Position numbers and translations under genes: made by a program. Below the pieces are notes generated by a model that ran no database searches, was not told the DNA's origin, and worked only from the letters and a program-made list of their open reading frames with translations. A stretch of DNA of 64,000 nucleotides from Eledone cirrhosa. Lineage: Eukaryota. How positions within the stretch are numbered: the first letter of the stretch is position 1; every line of letters begins with the position of its first letter. Where the stretch lies: assembly GCA_964016885.1 (NCBI GenBank), contig OZ024741.1:191208001-191272000 (forward strand), written 5' to 3'. Shown here piece after piece: positions 12,810-23,701 of the stretch.

Positions 12810-13320
12810 TTTTATGTCCGCTTTTCCATGCTTGCAAGAGTTGGACGGGTCCTATTCAACACAGCATCTCTCCACCCGTCACGGTCCTTCGTCATCTCCT
12901 CCGTGAGTTTCAGCAATCTGAGGTCTGCTCTCACCACCTCCACCCATGTTTTTCGTGGTCTACCTCTACTGCGTCTTCCTTCAACTGGGATTTCCTGGCT
13001 CTTCTTCACCCACTGGTCATCCTCCAATGTGGATCACATGTCCATACCATCTCAGCCTTCTCTCCTGCACACCACATCTTACCCCACTTACACACAGTTT
13101 CTTTCTCAACACATCCATGCTGACGTTGCACATCCAACGGGGCATACTTGCTTCATTTCTCTCCAGCCGTCGCATATCTTCTGCAGTTGCTGCCCATGTC
13201 TCACTACCATGCAGCATTGCGCATCTCACACAGGCATCATATAACCGTCCTTTCATACGCAGGGAGAAACCTTTCTTTGTCAACAGAGGGAGCAGCTCCC
13301 TAAATTTCTTCCAACCCGTC
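12810..13320 (-). mobile_element. RTE LINE 3' fragment, second subfamily
   Basis: LYDACVRCAMLHGSETWA...RLRWYGHV...GRPRKTW; (CAT)n tail. Confidence 0.9.
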
Positions 13321-13593
13321 TATTACTTATTTTAATTATAAAAGATTTTATTCATATTGAACACATATATGTAGCACAGATATGTGTTCTGGTTCATTTA
13401 TAATTATTTCTAATCCCGGGAAATGCCGGGTTGTTGTTTAAACATATGAAATAAAATTACATAACTGTCTTTCTTCAGTTGCTTTTTATAGTCTACCAGT
13501 TTGCCTAACAAAACAAACTCATATTAAAAACTGTTTATCTAATTCCAGATTTAGAATTTTTTAATTTAAGAAACATTCTTCTTTGTATTGCAG

Positions 13594-13726
13594 GTTATCG
13601 TTAATGATCTTAAGCAAGACATAGTCTATGAGTTTCCTAGTTACCGTTGGTTAGCCAAAGACAAAGGCGATGGTCGCATATCTATAGATCTGTTGCTCAA
13701 CTCTGGTCCAAAGAAACCAAACAGTG
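13594..13726 (+). CDS. LOXHD1: Internal coding exon, C-terminal half of a PLAT/LH2 domain (LOXHD1-like multi-PLAT protein)
   Basis: Pyrimidine tract with ttgcag acceptor (13591-13593) and G|gtaagt donor (13727); 133 bp, phase 0 to phase 1. Peptide VIVNDLKQDIVYEFPSYRWLAKDKGDGRISIDLLL matches the PLAT motif F(P)CxRWLxxDxxDG. The symbol is a best guess; other PLAT proteins are not excluded. Confidence 0.75.
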
Positions 13727-13976
13727 GTAAGTTTTTATATACAAACACCTTAATTCTCTCTCTCTCAAAAGGTTCAAGCAAATAAAACCATATTTATCCC
13801 AATGTAGAAGGGCAGTGTCCATTCCAGACTGATAAGGTTGTTGAGATTAATGCTAATTTTTTAAATGATTTTGTATCACTTCAACAGTAAATATTGAGAT
13901 GTCAGAGTTTATATAATATCAGAGGGTGTATAATATCTTCTACTATGAGTTTTCAGATATCATCATAATCATCATC

Positions 13977-14210
13977 ATCGTTTTACATCCATTTTTCCTT
14001 GCTGGCATTTGATTAAACGAGTTGTTCTGTTGTGGGCAATGTTACGTCAGGTGACCATGTCTTGCTCATACAGAACTGATTTGGCTTAGTTTCTACAGCT
14101 GGATGCCCTTCTTAATGCCAACCTCATTTACAGTGTGAACTGGATGCTTTTTGTCGTGACACCTACATGATCACTTTACAGTGTGGACTGAGTGCTTTTT
14201 ACCATGTCAT
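13977..14210 (-). mobile_element. RTE/SINE 3' tail fragment
   Basis: Shared ctggatgcccttc(c)taa..ccaacc tail motif with (CAT)n end. Confidence 0.7.
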
Positions 14211-14558
14211 AGTTTATATAATGACAGAGGGTGTATAATATCTAAAACACAGAAAATATAACAGTCAGGTGTTATAATTAATAGCTTAGAAAATTGCGTA
14301 AAAGTGCAGCTGACCACCCATTCCATTTAAACTAAGGTGATACACTGAACAGCTTGCAGCTAGAGTAAAAAATAAACAAATCTTATGAATTATCAAAACA
14401 CTTGGGTGATTTGAAATTTGAAAATGTGAGAATCCCAAACACAGAAAATAGCTGCAACAACAGTTGATCGCTATAGATAATAGCTTAGAAAATAGGGTCC
14501 TATAGACGTAAAATAAGTATCCACAAGGGAGGATCAAACTTCACAGCTCTCAAATATA

Positions 14559-14607
<49 letters not shown>

Positions 14608-14843
14608 AGAAAAAAGAGAATCAGTGTTGCGACAAAAGGAATTTATTGGATATATTACAATTGTTTCTCGGGCGACCAGCTCAAGGCACGATCCATGTGG
14701 TGATCAAACCTGACTTTGAAATCGCGTGGTCCTCGGATACGGCTCAATTCTACGAAGCAGATTTTCCATACTCTGCTCTATGAGGGCATCGCGTGCTCAT
14801 ACGGCCTACCACATACGGACGCTTTAAGCATCCAACACCAATT

Positions 14844-14923
<80 letters not shown>

Positions 14924-14929
14924 ACAGGA

Positions 14930-15395
14930 CGGTGTCATACCCAATGACTGGTGCATCAGTACTATCATAAATTGCTACAAGAGCAACTACAAGTGACTAC
15001 ACCTAGCTTTCATTAATCTATAAAGGGCCTTTGACAGAGTAACTTGACCTATTATCTAGTGGTTCTTAAGGAAATTAGATATAGAAGAGTGGTTGGTGGG
15101 AGCAATGCAAGCCATGTACAGAGGAGCTGTCAGCAAAGTGAGAGTAGGAAGTGAGTTTAGTGAGGAATTCAAGGTACAGGTAGGAGTTCATCAGGGTTCA
15201 GTTTTTAGCCCACTACTATTCATTATAGTTCTCCAGGTTATAACAGAGGAGTTTAAAACCAGCTGACTAAGGGAAATTCTCTATGCAGATGATCTGGTCC
15301 TTATAGCTGAATCCATTAACGACCTAGAAAATAAGTTCTGACTATGGAAACTGAATTTGGAATCAAAAGGTTTGAGAGTAAACTTAGCCAAAACA
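14930..15395 (+). mobile_element. Degenerate RTE RT fragment
   Basis: GVIPNDW, KAFDRV-like, GVHQGSV and YADD motifs, with stops and deletions. Confidence 0.85.
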
Positions 15396-15715
15396 ACGAA
15401 CAGCGGAGGACACGTTTCGCACCTTTCCGACAGACAACCTTCCCCCCCCTCCTCGGAAAAAACCCCCAGTTGATGGATGTAAATCCGAAATATATAGGGA
15501 CAATTAAATCTCTCCCAAGGTAACTCTTTCTCGTGTTGTAATTTTTATTTTATCCTTTATGCTCTTTCCTTCATTCCTCCTCCCTCTACACGTTACAGTC
15601 TTATACACGCCACGCATCTCAACGTACACCCACTTACATCTCTCTCTCCACCACCGGATCTTGTTACCCGGAGATTTACCCATCTGCATTGTCTAGGCTT
15701 CCAAACGACTTTAAG
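15396..15715 (+). mobile_element. PLE-type terminal fragment with a hammerhead-like motif at 15464-15499
   Basis: ccc-CAGTTGA-t-gga(tgtaaa)tcc-GAAA-tata-TA-ggg followed by aattaaa; core deviates from CTGANGA. Confidence 0.45.
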
Positions 15716-15744
15716 AAATTTATATATCTATCTATCTATCTATC

Positions 15745-15966
15745 TAAGGCGGGTAAAATTCCCGAGATCCATGGACGAGTTCTCTCCAGCGGTCTCTGTC
15801 CCTCATTATCGCTGCCATGTCCTGCATCTCCAAAATGCAACTGGAGTCTTTTTTTTATAAAAAAATACTCCAGTTGCATTTTCGATTTCATCTTTTTTCC
15901 TTATACTTTCACTCGTGTAGGACACCACGGATATTTTTCATTTTGTAAAAAAAACCTCACTTTCTA
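15745..15966. mobile_element. MITE-like fragment with an internal hairpin (15832-15882); related fragment at about 60820-60915
   Basis: aaaatgcaactggagt...actccagttgcatttt inverted repeat; the terminus aaaaaacctcactttcta is mirrored by agaaagtaagggtttttt near 60820. Confidence 0.5.
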
Positions 15967-15985
15967 ATATATATATATATATGAA

Positions 15986-16316
15986 TGACATCATCAGTGG
16001 TACTATTATGTTTCCTCCTATTGTATTGTAAACATAATAGTACCACTGATGATGTCACAGGTGTGTCATGAAAGAACTTTGATAGACTATATATATATAT
16101 ATATTTATATCTATATTTTTAACCGTTGGTTATCAATGATAAACATTGATTGCCAGCTAAATTAACTATAGAGATATAAAATATACAGAAGCGGAAACCA
16201 AGCAGTGAGTGTGTTTTATTATTAATTCTGGCAATATTATAACAATATGACCCTCCCTAAATATAACAATATTTGTTTCAACACATGATTTCATATCAAA
16301 AACCTTGCAAAACAAA
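15986..16316 (+). mobile_element. Non-autonomous Penelope terminus with inverted 5' duplication and a hammerhead at 16041-16084
   Basis: 28-bp inverted repeat at 15986-16013/16030-16057; CTGATGA..GAAAGAACTT; same family as 1825-2021 and 62776-63085. Confidence 0.75.
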
Positions 16317-16334
16317 TTCATATACATATATATG

Positions 16335-17036
16335 AAGGTCCACATCACCAACAGCCCTAAGAGAAGCACCCCACCAGGATGCTCTTGCTGAAAGCCTGAA
16401 GCTTGTCACCTTCAACAACAATGCAACATACCCACTTTAATTTATGAAGATGTGGTCACTTCTAACCAACCAAACCAACAACAAAAGGTTAAATCCTATG
16501 TAAGTATGGTGGAGGGCCGATTTAGGGAACGTTTCCTGAACCATCAATAGACCTTTAGATACATGGATTAATGATCTTCCAGGTATCTAAAGGTCTATTG
16601 ATGGAAAACCATTACTAAATTCAAGCTATACGCAAGGGGAAATCTGTCTTGTAGACTGTGCATTAAAGAAAGGATCAATATCCTGAGAAGATTACATAAT
16701 GATGATTACCTAAATTCAAGGAAGGAACTTTTTTCACGTTGTCCACACACCTGGAAACACCTATTACATAATTACAAAGCCCCAGATTGATTAACATCAA
16801 CAATCTGTAATATTCTCAATAACTCGAATAATTTATTCTGGATATCCACAGTTATCTCCCTTACATCGATCTATCGTGGGTTTACCTCCCACAGGAGAAG
16901 TGACTGTTTCTGCACATGCATATTCGTATGGTTGTTTTTCCTTTTCTGTACAAATTCATTTAGACTGAGCTGAGGATCCGAATAAGGTGAAATATTTGTT
17001 CTCGGTATGGTGAACTAACTGTTGTGGAACTACTTC
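16335..17036 (+). mobile_element. Degenerate Penelope-like element 3' end (GIY-YIG remnant and 3' tail)
   Basis: Reads RFRERFLNHQ...WKTI...CRLCIKE...YLNSRKELFSRCPH, parallel to the GIY-YIG C-terminus at 49856-50275. Confidence 0.7.
16964..17006 (+). ncRNA. Minimal hammerhead ribozyme
   Basis: actgag-CTGAGGA-t-cc(gaataa)gg-t-GAAA-tatttg-TT-ctcggt: 6-bp stem I including one G-U pair. Confidence 0.65.
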
Positions 17037-17120
17037 TATATATATATATATATAGATAAGTTATTCCGGGTTGAATCGAAGATAACCACAGTAAGTAAGG
17101 TACTCAATGCATAGTATAAA

Positions 17121-17926
17121 AGTTTTAATATAGAAGAGCTTCTACAGGACCAGAACTGTTTCATTCGTGAGAAATCATCAGGAAGTTGGCTGTCCAAGTA
17201 AGTAGTGGTATTTATATCTTTTCTTCTCTGGTGGTAGGAGAGGGTGGGGATTGGGATGGGTGGAGGTCATTGGTTGAAGGATTTAAAGAAAAGGGAGTTC
17301 ATTAAAAGATAATTCTTTAAAGCTATAATATTAACAAAGGCAGAAAGAATACTGTAAATAAATTCAAATTTGGAATACCAATCCTTGTTTATCACTTAGA
17401 CTAACAATGCCTGTAAGACAGGTGTCTACAGGATGGGTGGGGTTCAATGGTTTAAAGAAAAGGGAAATTCTTTAGAAGGTAATTCTTTAAGGCTGAAATA
17501 AGGGTGACAAAGGCAGAAAGGGTTCCATCAACAGATTCAAGTGTTGAGGTGATTCCCCTTATTGTGAAGTTTCTCTTAATATATATTCCAGGTGTCGACA
17601 AGCACATTCACACATACGCGCCCACTTACACACGTACACACACATATGCGCATGCATACACAGGCAGGCACACACACAACAAACATACATAATGGTACAT
17701 ACACACATACATATATACAAATATATACATATATATATACATATATACATATATATGTACATACATACGCATATATATTTATATATATACATATACATAT
17801 ACATATGTATATATATATATACACACACACACACACGCTCTCATGCATGCACACGCACACACACATTCATACGTACACACATTCATACGTACACATATAC
17901 ATACATATATATACATACAAATACAG

Positions 17927-17950
<24 letters not shown>
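17121..17950 (-). repeat. Left arm of an ~800-bp inverted repeat (PLE-derived, includes microsatellite)
   Basis: Reverse complement of about 22730-23519 with few substitutions and small indels. Confidence 0.9.
17139..17185 (-). ncRNA. Type I hammerhead ribozyme
   Basis: Minus strand cttc-CTGATGA-t-ttc(tcac)gaa-t-GAAA-cag(ttctggtc)ctg-TA-gaag: 4-bp stem III, GUA cleavage triplet. Confidence 0.75.
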
Positions 17951-17957
<7 letters not shown>

Positions 17958-17984
17958 CATATCATCATCATCATCATCATCATC

Positions 17985-18358
17985 ATTTTACGTCCGCTTT
18001 TCCCTGCTTGCAAGGGTGGGACGGCAACTGATTCTGGCTTGATTTCTACAGCTGGATGCCCTTCCTAACACCAACCTAATTTACAGTGAGTGCTGGGTGT
18101 TTTTTTTCTGTGGCGCCTCCACGTCCACTTTACAGTGTGGGCTGGGTGCTTTTTTGCCGTGGCACCTCCACGACCATTTTGCAGTGGAATGATAGGGACT
18201 GGGGTCCCTTTCATCTCATTTTTACAGCTGAGTAAACCGGAGCAATGTGAAATAAAGTGTCTTGCTCAAGGAAACAACACATCACCTGGTCTGAGAATTG
18301 AACTCACAACCTTTCGATTGCAAGGCGAATGCTCTAACCACTAAGCCATGTGCCTCCA
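17985..18358 (-). mobile_element. tRNA-derived SINE (CORE-like, RTE tail)
   Basis: Near-identical to 5855-6228. Confidence 0.85.
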
Positions 18359-18388
18359 TATATATACAAACACATACATATATATATA

Positions 18389-19693
18389 CAGGGTGTGGAC
18401 GATATTTGTTCGCAATTTTCAACTGCTAATTTTATGCAAATTTTTTTTACTTCCGTTGTCAGTCTTGTCTTCATAAAAACAGTGACTATATTTCCATTAT
18501 TTATTTTCCGAATAATTGATTATGAATAATTTTGAACCTCCAAATTTGTGGAAGAGACACGGAGTTCTTCTTGGAATCCGCGCCGGGAGGACAAATAAGG
18601 AAATTTCAGACTTTCTCAGCATCAGCAGGAGAATGGTGGAAAAGGTCAGAAAGGAATTGGAAGATTCAGGATTCGACTACGAAGCAACATCAGAGAGGAA
18701 AACACATGATCGACGATCTGATGCCTTCAGAACGCCCGAGTTTGTTGCTGAAGTTCAGGAAATCATCAACAATGAACCTAGCAAGTCGATGCGTGACATT
18801 GCAAGGGAGAAAGGCGTGGATGAAAAGCTCATTAGGCTGGTGGTACATGAAGACATTCTCTACCTTTCATACAAGATGAGGAAAGGACAATTTCTGTCAA
18901 AGGCGATGCAAGAAATGTGACTGCATACAAAAAAGCTGATCAACAAGTTGAAACACCCATTGGAGCCAGACATGCTGTAGTTTTTCTCCGACGAGAAAAA
19001 CCTTCTGCCAAGACCAGAAGATCAACTCCAAGAACAACAGGTGGCTTGCTGTCTCATCCAAAGACGTGCCCAGAGTCATGCAGACAAAGTTTCCAGCGAC
19101 AACATTGGTCTTAGGTGTCGTCAGCAGTCAAGGTGACGTAATGCCACCTCACTTCTTCCCTGAGGGCCTCAAGCTGAACACGAATGGCTACATCCGTGTT
19201 CTGAGCAAGGTAGTAAAGCCCTGGATCAACCAGGTAGCTGCAGGTAGGCCGTACGTGTGGCAGCAACACTCAGCGCCCTGCCATACCAGCCGAAAGACCC
19301 AAGTCTGGCTGTCAGAGAACTTCGTTGACCACACATCACCTGACATCTGGCCTCCCAGATCGCCTGACTGCAACCCCCTCGACTTCTTTGTGTGGGGCGC
19401 AGTGGAACGAGACACCAGCAGATATAGCTGCAATACGAAAGACGATCTGAAGGCCAGGATCACAAGTGCCTTTAGGTGCCTAAGTTGGGGGAGAGTGACG
19501 AAGGCTTGTAGCTGGTTCCGAGGCCGCCTTGAGGCCATCATCAAAGCCAATGGCGGGTTTAGTGAGTGAGATTGAAAGAACAAGTCATGAAGACAAACTG
19601 ACCCAAGTTTGATAAATATATCTTAAAAAATAAAACTACTGTGTTATATTTTCCTAGACAGTAATCTTGCGAACAAATATCATCTGCACCCTG
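18389..19693 (+). mobile_element. Full-length but frameshifted Tc1/mariner transposon, DD37D (maT) family
   Basis: TIRs cagggtgtggacgatatttgttcgcaa / ttgcgaacaaatatcatctgcaccctg with TA flanks. HTH N-terminus, FSDEK, WQQ(H)SAPCH and WPPRSPDCNPLD, with 37 residues between the 2nd and 3rd catalytic positions. Confidence 0.93.
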
Positions 19694-19842
19694 TATATAT
19701 ATATATATATATATATGTAGGAGGTGAGTTTTATTGTAGTACAATAAAGCAATGCAGATATCGGATAAGAAGCACTCTACAGTTTGTAGGACTGGAGTAT
19801 GCATAATATAAGATCAAAAGATGGTTAAAGGAGTTCCATGTA

Positions 19843-19909
19843 TTTTATTATGCGCATTTCAAAAACAAACATCATCATGCAATAATATTTGTGTTTTCAT
19901 CAGATAAAA
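19843..19909 (-). ncRNA. Type I hammerhead ribozyme (left arm copy)
   Basis: Reverse-complement copy of 21354-21420. Confidence 0.75.
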
Positions 19910-21353
19910 CAGAACATGATATGAAGGCTAAAAAACACTTGTGGATAGTGCAGTTTTAAATCAACATATGAAAAGTGGTTTTAGATTGATGTGTGATATT
20001 GGGAAAAATATTTTATTTAGAGAGGGGGGGGGAAGGATGAAAAGGGAAGGAGATGAGAGGGAGAGATGGGTGATAGAGAGAAAGAGATAGTTTTTATAAC
20101 TGAGAGGAGATATATTTTTTACATAGAGAGGTTGAAAACCGTTGGAAGATACTGTATAAATTAAAAATTTTGAAAATTAACGAAGGGAGGATATGTGCGA
20201 GGAAAAAATATTTTATTTAGGGAGGGGAGGGGGGTGGAAAGGATGAAAAAAAGGGGGAGGAGATGAGAGTGAAGGTGGAGAGGGAGAGATTTGTTTTCTA
20301 TCTGCCTGCATAAATTCCATAGAACTTTTCACAAAGTATACAGTTAATATTCAATTCTTTATCAATTTAGAATCTTTTCTCAAAGGCACATATACATACA
20401 CCTCTTTAAAATATACCCATCTACCTTACTTTAAAGGGCATTATACACTCTATAATACTTGTTTACTCATTACCCTCATTCTATCTTCTCCTTGTAAAAT
20501 CATAACATTTGTTTTGACGTTAGAATATTCATCCGCAATCATTATTATTTTTTCTCTCTATCATAAATCTTTTTAATCTCAATTTCATCCTTAATTTATT
20601 ATTATTTTTTTCTCCCCATCAACGAACTCATTGTTAATACATATTAACTCTTTATTCGCATATATTATCAATTCAATCAATATACAAACTTTAACTTCAC
20701 ATTATTTTTCTCAAATCCTTCTACACACAAACCTTAATAATTTTTCTCTTCGTTAATTTTGAAATTGCCACAATACATACATTTCTTTTTTTGACGTTAG
20801 AATATTCATCCACAATTATTATTTTTTTCTCTCTATCTTCATACATAATTTCCCTTCGTTAATTTTCAAATTCCTTTAATTTATACATTATCTTCCAACG
20901 GTTCCCAACCTCTCTATGTTAAAACAATATATCTTTTTCTCAGTTATAAAAACTATCTCTTTCTCTCTATCACCCATCTCTCCCTCTCCACCTTCACTCT
21001 CATCTCCTCCCCCTTTTTTTCATCCTTCCCCCCCCCCTCCCTAAATAAAATATTTTTTCCTCGCACATATCCTCCCTTCGTTAATTTTCAAAATTTTAAT
21101 TTATACAGTATCTTCCAACGGTTTTCAACCTCTCTATGTAAAAAATATATCTCCTCTCAGTTATAAAAACTATCTCTTTCTCTCTATCACCCATCTCTCC
21201 CTCTCATCTCCTTCCCTTTTCATCCTTCCCCCCCCCTCTCTAAATAAAATATTTTTCCCAATATCACACATCAATCTAAAACCACTTTTCATATGTTGAT
21301 TTAAAACTGCACTATCCACAAGTGCTTTTTAGCCTTCATATCATGTTCTCCTG

Positions 21354-21420
21354 TTTTATCTGATGAAAACACAAATATTATTGCATGATGATGTTTGTTT
21401 TTGAAATGCGCATAATAAAA
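21354..21420 (+). ncRNA. Type I hammerhead ribozyme with 36-nt stem II region and palindromic stem III
   Basis: ttttat-CTGATGA-(aaacacaaatattat...atgatgatgtttgttttt)-GAAA-tgcgca-TA-ataaaa; palindrome ATGCGCAT. Confidence 0.78.
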
Positions 21421-21874
21421 TATATGGAACTCCTTTAACCATCTTTTGATCTTATATTATAAATATATATATATATATACACATACATACACATACATAC
21501 ACACATACATACAATACAAATACACACATACATTCATACACTTACACATATATATATATACATATATATACATATATATATATACATATATATATATATA
21601 AGTATGTATAAGTAGATACATATATGTATACAGACGTACAGTAGTATGTATATACATACATACATGCACACATATATATATGTATGTATGGGTTTACCGA
21701 ACATTTATTATAATGCTCAGTTTGTTTGTAAACAAAAAGCCCAAATTAAGCCGTACAGTGTTCAGAAACCATCGTTGCCCTTTTGTTCAACACTGACAAA
21801 GGAATGATGAACTAGTTTCTAGCTTATTAGCTGTCATCAGCACTGTATACCTTTCTGTCAGTCTATTGAACGAC

Positions 21875-22183
21875 CCAGCATGAATGTGTTGAGAGAGAAA
21901 CTGTGTCTGAGAGGGATAGAATGTAGTGTACGAGAGAAGGAGACTGAGGTAGTATGGACCTGCGCATGGAGGATGACCGATGGGTGAAGAAGTGCCAGGA
22001 AATGCCAGTTGAAGGAAGACGTGGTAGAGGTAGACCACGAAAAACATGGGCGGAGGCGGTGAGAACAGACCTCAGATCGCTGAAGCTCACGGTGGAGATG
22101 ACGAAGGACCGTAACAAGTGGAGATGCTGTGCTGAATAAGACCCGTCTTACCCTTGCAATCAGGGAAAAGCGGACGTAAAATG
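21875..22183 (+). mobile_element. RTE LINE 3' fragment
   Basis: WVKKCQEMPVEGRRGRGRPRKTW; (GAT)n tail. Confidence 0.9.
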
Positions 22184-22491
22184 AGGATGATGATGATGAT
22201 GATGTATGTATGTATATACATACTACTGTACGTATACATACTTACATTTAAGTATCAGCTGTACTAAGAGTGAGAAATGAAATTTCATTTTTTCCACATA
22301 TATATATATATATATATATATGTATATGTATATATATGTATATATATACACATTCATATACACATATACATACACATCGTGTATTTTAAGGGACTTGGCG
22401 ATTTCTTTTCCGGCCGCATTTGAGAGGCAGTACAAATGATATGGTTTTTAGTTTCACACTATATATATATCATCATCATCATCATCATCTT

Positions 22492-22715
22492 CGTTTAATG
22501 TCCATTTTCCACGCTAGCATGGGTTAGACGGGAGTTGTCCCACTTGAGGCAAGGCTGGTTGGGTGACCGTGTCTCACTCATATAGGACTATCTGGCAGGT
22601 TTTCTACGACTGGATGCCCTTCCTAACACCAACCACATTTACAGTGTGGAACTGGGAACTTTTTACCGTGTTACCTACACGGCCACATTACAGCATGAAC
22701 TGTGTGTGTCTTTTT
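22492..22715 (-). mobile_element. RTE 3'-UTR fragment
   Basis: Matches 2254-2460; (CAT)n end. Confidence 0.8.
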
Positions 22716-22729
22716 AATATATATATATA

Positions 22730-23515
22730 TATATATGTATATGTATATGTATGTATATGTATGTGTGTACATGTGTATATATGTATGCATATGTATGTGT
22801 GTATATATGTATGTATATGAATGTGTGTGTGCGTGTGTATGCATGAGAGCGTGTGTGTGTGTATATATATATATGTATATGTATATCTATATATATGTGT
22901 GTATTTATTTACACATATATATATGTATATATGTATATATATATATGTATATATTTTTATATATGTATGTGTGTATGTACCATTATGTATGTTTGTTGTG
23001 TGTGTGTGCCTGCTTGTGTGTGTGTGCGTGTAAGTTTGTGTACATATGTAAGTGGGCGCATGTGTGAATGTGCTTGTCGACACCTGGAATATATATTAAG
23101 GGGAATCACCCCAACACTTGAATCTGTTGATGGAACCCTTTCTGCCTTTGTCACCCTTATTTCAGCCTTAAAGAATTAGCTTCTAAAGAATTTCCCTTTT
23201 CTTTAAACCATTGAACCCCACCCATCCTGTAGACACCTGTCTTACAGGCATTGTTAGTCTAAGTGATAAACAAGGATTGGTATTCCAAATTTGAATTTGT
23301 TTACAGTATTCTTTCTGCCTTTGTTAATTATCTTTTAATGAACTCCCTTTTCTTTAAATCCTTCAACCAATGATCTCCACCCATCCCAATCCCCACCCTC
23401 TCCTACCACCAGAAAAGAAAAGATATAAATACCACTACTTACTTGGACAGCTAACTTCCTGATGATTTCTCACAAATGAAACAGTTCTAGTCCTGTAGAA
23501 GCTCTTCTATATTAA

Positions 23516-23519
<4 letters not shown>
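22730..23519 (+). repeat. Right arm of the ~800-bp inverted repeat, with a hammerhead at 23455-23501
   Basis: Reverse complement of 17121-17950; cttc-CTGATGA-tttctcacaaat-GAAA-cagttctagtcctg-TA-gaag. Confidence 0.9.
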
Positions 23520-23553
<34 letters not shown>

Positions 23554-23591
23554 ATAATAATAAATTTGAAGACTAAAATCCAAAGAGGGCT

Positions 23592-23628
<37 letters not shown>

Positions 23629-23701
23629 CACATATATATATATCTTATTTAAAATGCGAGAAAGAACAACAAAGATTTATGAATATATGTATATATTTAA
23701 T

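Larger units (their letters stand above)
19804..21460. mobile_element. Foldback structure of a non-coding PLE-like element: ~490-bp inverted arms, internal ~190-bp tandem subrepeats, outward-facing hammerheads
   Basis: 19804-20290 is the reverse complement of about 20970-21460; each arm carries a hammerhead. Confidence 0.85.

Noticed and set aside
14650-14840. Minus-strand GAAAcaattgTA with nearby hairpins
   Set aside because: No CTGANGA partner found, so not called as a ribozyme.
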